A DNA stretch of 62,540 nucleotides, the filler included, from Thermodesulfobacteriota bacterium (GTDB lineage: Bacteria; DASVDK01): the NCBI GenBank assembly GCA_036381125.1. It is 4 parts of 4 records of this genome, joined end to end, with 100 filler letters (N's around TTAATTAATTAA, not from the genome) between each part and the next. Parts side by side here need not be neighbours in the genome. Positions count along the whole stretch, not along the records: positions 58,564 to 62,540 come from DASVDK010000231.1; 3 more parts are not named here. The stretch is one strand, 5' to 3'. The notes under the pieces are model-generated. The model made no database searches. It was given only the letters and a program-made list of their open reading frames with translations, and had not been told where the DNA came from. Both the position numbers and the translations under genes were made by a program. Of this stretch, positions 60,974 to 62,540 are shown piece by piece (within the stretch, counting starts at the first letter, position 1; every line of letters begins with the position of its first letter).

Positions 60974-62053
60974 GTGCCGAGCCGCCCCATCCTCCTCAAC
61001 CCGGGCCCGGTGAACCTGTCCGATCGCGTCCGCCGGGCGCTCCTGCGGCCCGACATCTGCCACCGTGAGCCCGAGTGCGCCGACCTCCTCGCCAGGATCC
61101 GCCGGCGCCTCTGCGAGGCGTTCGCGCCGCAGGGGTACACGTCGGTCCTCCTCACCGGCTCGGGAACGGCCGCGGTGGAGGCCGCCGTCGCCTCGTCGGT
61201 CGGCGAGGGGGGCGCCATGCTCGTCGTGAACAACGGCGTGTACGGCGACCGGATCGCGAAGATGGCCCGCGTCCACGGCATCCGCGTGGTCGAGGTCGCG
61301 GCGGAGTGGACGGCGCCGGCCGACCTTGCCGGCATCGAGGCGGCCCTGCGCGCCGAGCCGGACGTCCAGGCGGTCGCGCTCGTGCACCACGAGACGACCA
61401 CCGGCCTCGTGAACCCGGTGGACGAGGTCGGTCGGCTCGCGCGGGCCGCCGGCAAGCTCTTCGTCGTCGACTCGGTGTCCGGCCTCGGCGGCGAGCCGAT
61501 CGACCTGGCCGGCGCCGGCGTGGACCTCTGCGTCGGCACGGCGAACAAGTGCATCCAGGGGACGCCGGGGCTCGGGTTCGTCCTGGTCCGGCGCGACGCG
61601 ATGGACCGCCTCGCCGCCGTCCCGCCCCGCTCCGTTTACCTCGCCCTTCATGCCAACTGGCAGGCGCAGGAGCGAGGCGACACCCTCTTCACCCCTGCCG
61701 TGCAGACCGCCTACGCCCTCGACGAGGCGCTTGCCGAGCTGCTCGAGGAGACCGTGGCCGGGCGGATCGCCCGGTACGGCCGCGCCGCGGCGCTCCTGCG
61801 CGACGGCTTCGCCCGCCTCGGGCTCTCGTGCCTGCTGCCGCCCGAGCTGCGGAGCCACACGATCACGGCGCTCGACCTGCCGCGCGGCCTCACCTACGCC
61901 GAGCTGCACGATCGGCTCAAGGCGCGAGGGTTCGTCGTCTACGCGGGTCAGGGCCCGCTCGCCTCGCGGATCTTCCGCGTGGCGAACATGGGCGACGTCT
62001 CGCTCGACGAGTACCGGGAGTTCCTGGCGGCGCTCGAGTCGATCCTCGGCTGA
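60974..62053 (+). CDS. 2-aminoethylphosphonate aminotransferase (AepZ/PhnW family)
   Basis: LLNPGP, GSGTAAVEA, NGVYGDR, VHHETTTG, DSVS, ANKCIQGTPG, FTP, YAGQG, FRVANMG. Confidence 0.9.
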   Translation: MPSRPILLNPGPVNLSDRVRRALLRPDICHREPECADLLARIRRRLCEAFAPQGYTSVLLTGSGTAAVEAAVASSVGEGGAMLVVNNGVYGDRIAKMARVHGIRVVEVAAEWTAPADLAGIEAALRAEPDVQAVALVHHETTTGLVNPVDEVGRLARAAGKLFVVDSVSGLGGEPIDLAGAGVDLCVGTANKCIQGTPGLGFVLVRRDAMDRLAAVPPRSVYLALHANWQAQERGDTLFTPAVQTAYALDEALAELLEETVAGRIARYGRAAALLRDGFARLGLSCLLPPELRSHTITALDLPRGLTYAELHDRLKARGFVVYAGQGPLASRIFRVANMGDVSLDEYREFLAALESILG

Positions 62054-62095
62054 CGCCGCAGGCAGGGCCCTCCGCCTCCGCTACAATGCGGCGCG

Positions 62096-62540
62096 ATGCC
62101 GCCGCGCCCGAGCCCGTCCGACCCGACGTCTTCCTCTCTCTCACGCGGAGAACGGTTGCTCGCTCGGGTGGTGGACGCGTGCGCCGCGAGGCCGCTCCCG
62201 GTGCTCGCGGTGACGCTGCTCACCGTCGTCGCCTCGCTCTGGATCTCGGTGGCCAGGCTGTCGTTCCACGGCAGCCGCGACGACATCGCGACCGCCGACG
62301 CCATCCCGCACACGGCGCGTTACCTGGAGTACGTGCGGGAGTTCCCCGACGACGCCCTGTCGATCGTCGTCGTCGTGGACGGGCGCGACGCGGCGCGGGC
62401 CACCGCCTTCGCCGACGCCCTGGCCGGCCGCCTCACCCACCTGCCGCAGGTCGAGCGGATCTTCTACCGGGTCGATCCGGCGGCCCTGGGCGGCCGTGCG
62501 CTCCTCTACCTGCCGGTCGGCGACCTCGAGCGCCTCGAGG
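62096..62540 (+). CDS. MMPL/RND transporter N-terminus, HpnN-like (runs off window end)
   Basis: Not in ORF track; MPPR...RPLPVLAVTLLTVVASLWISVARL...YLEYVREFPDD...IVVVVDG..AARATAFADALAGRL...IFYRVD...ALLYL; TACAAT 8 nt before ATG. Confidence 0.72.
   Translation, partial: MPPRPSPSDPTSSSLSRGERLLARVVDACAARPLPVLAVTLLTVVASLWISVARLSFHGSRDDIATADAIPHTARYLEYVREFPDDALSIVVVVDGRDAARATAFADALAGRLTHLPQVERIFYRVDPAALGGRALLYLPVGDLERLE

Overview
Very GC-rich bacterial DNA, probably a draft or metagenome-assembled genome of a deltaproteobacterium-like organism (inferred from gene content). It consists of four contigs joined by artificial N44-TTAATTAATTAA-N44 spacers: 1-21860, 21961-47582, 47683-58463 and 58564-62540. 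Most genes are housekeeping: iscS-mnmA-mtaB-rnc-era-der, lysC-cimA, hemD-hemB, polA, an ECF sigma/anti-sigma pair, pdhABC, nuoBCDEFG-I-mqnD, moeA, mltD, dusB-ntrBC-thiE. The most striking region is a ~10.4 kb minus-strand cassette (6467-16882). It holds a FabF-like ketosynthase with a non-canonical catalytic triad, an ICMT-family methyltransferase, a multi-TM/GAF histidine kinase, a sigma54 activator, an unannotated 33-aa secreted peptide gene, an orphan family-5 peptide-binding protein, a HAMP/PAS kinase and a single-domain receiver. The peptide gene (signal peptide plus EGGGGV) has its own sigma54 promoter, RBS and terminator, and the receiver has an almost identical sigma54 promoter. I propose this is a candidate peptide/lipid quorum-sensing circuit; that role is inference. 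Also notable: a candidate sigma54-dependent sRNA (~47428-47506), a phosphonate (AEP-type) cluster with an atypical PEP-mutase motif next to an HpnN-like hopanoid transporter, a nuo operon with only peripheral-arm subunits, several apparently leaderless genes and REP-like repeats.
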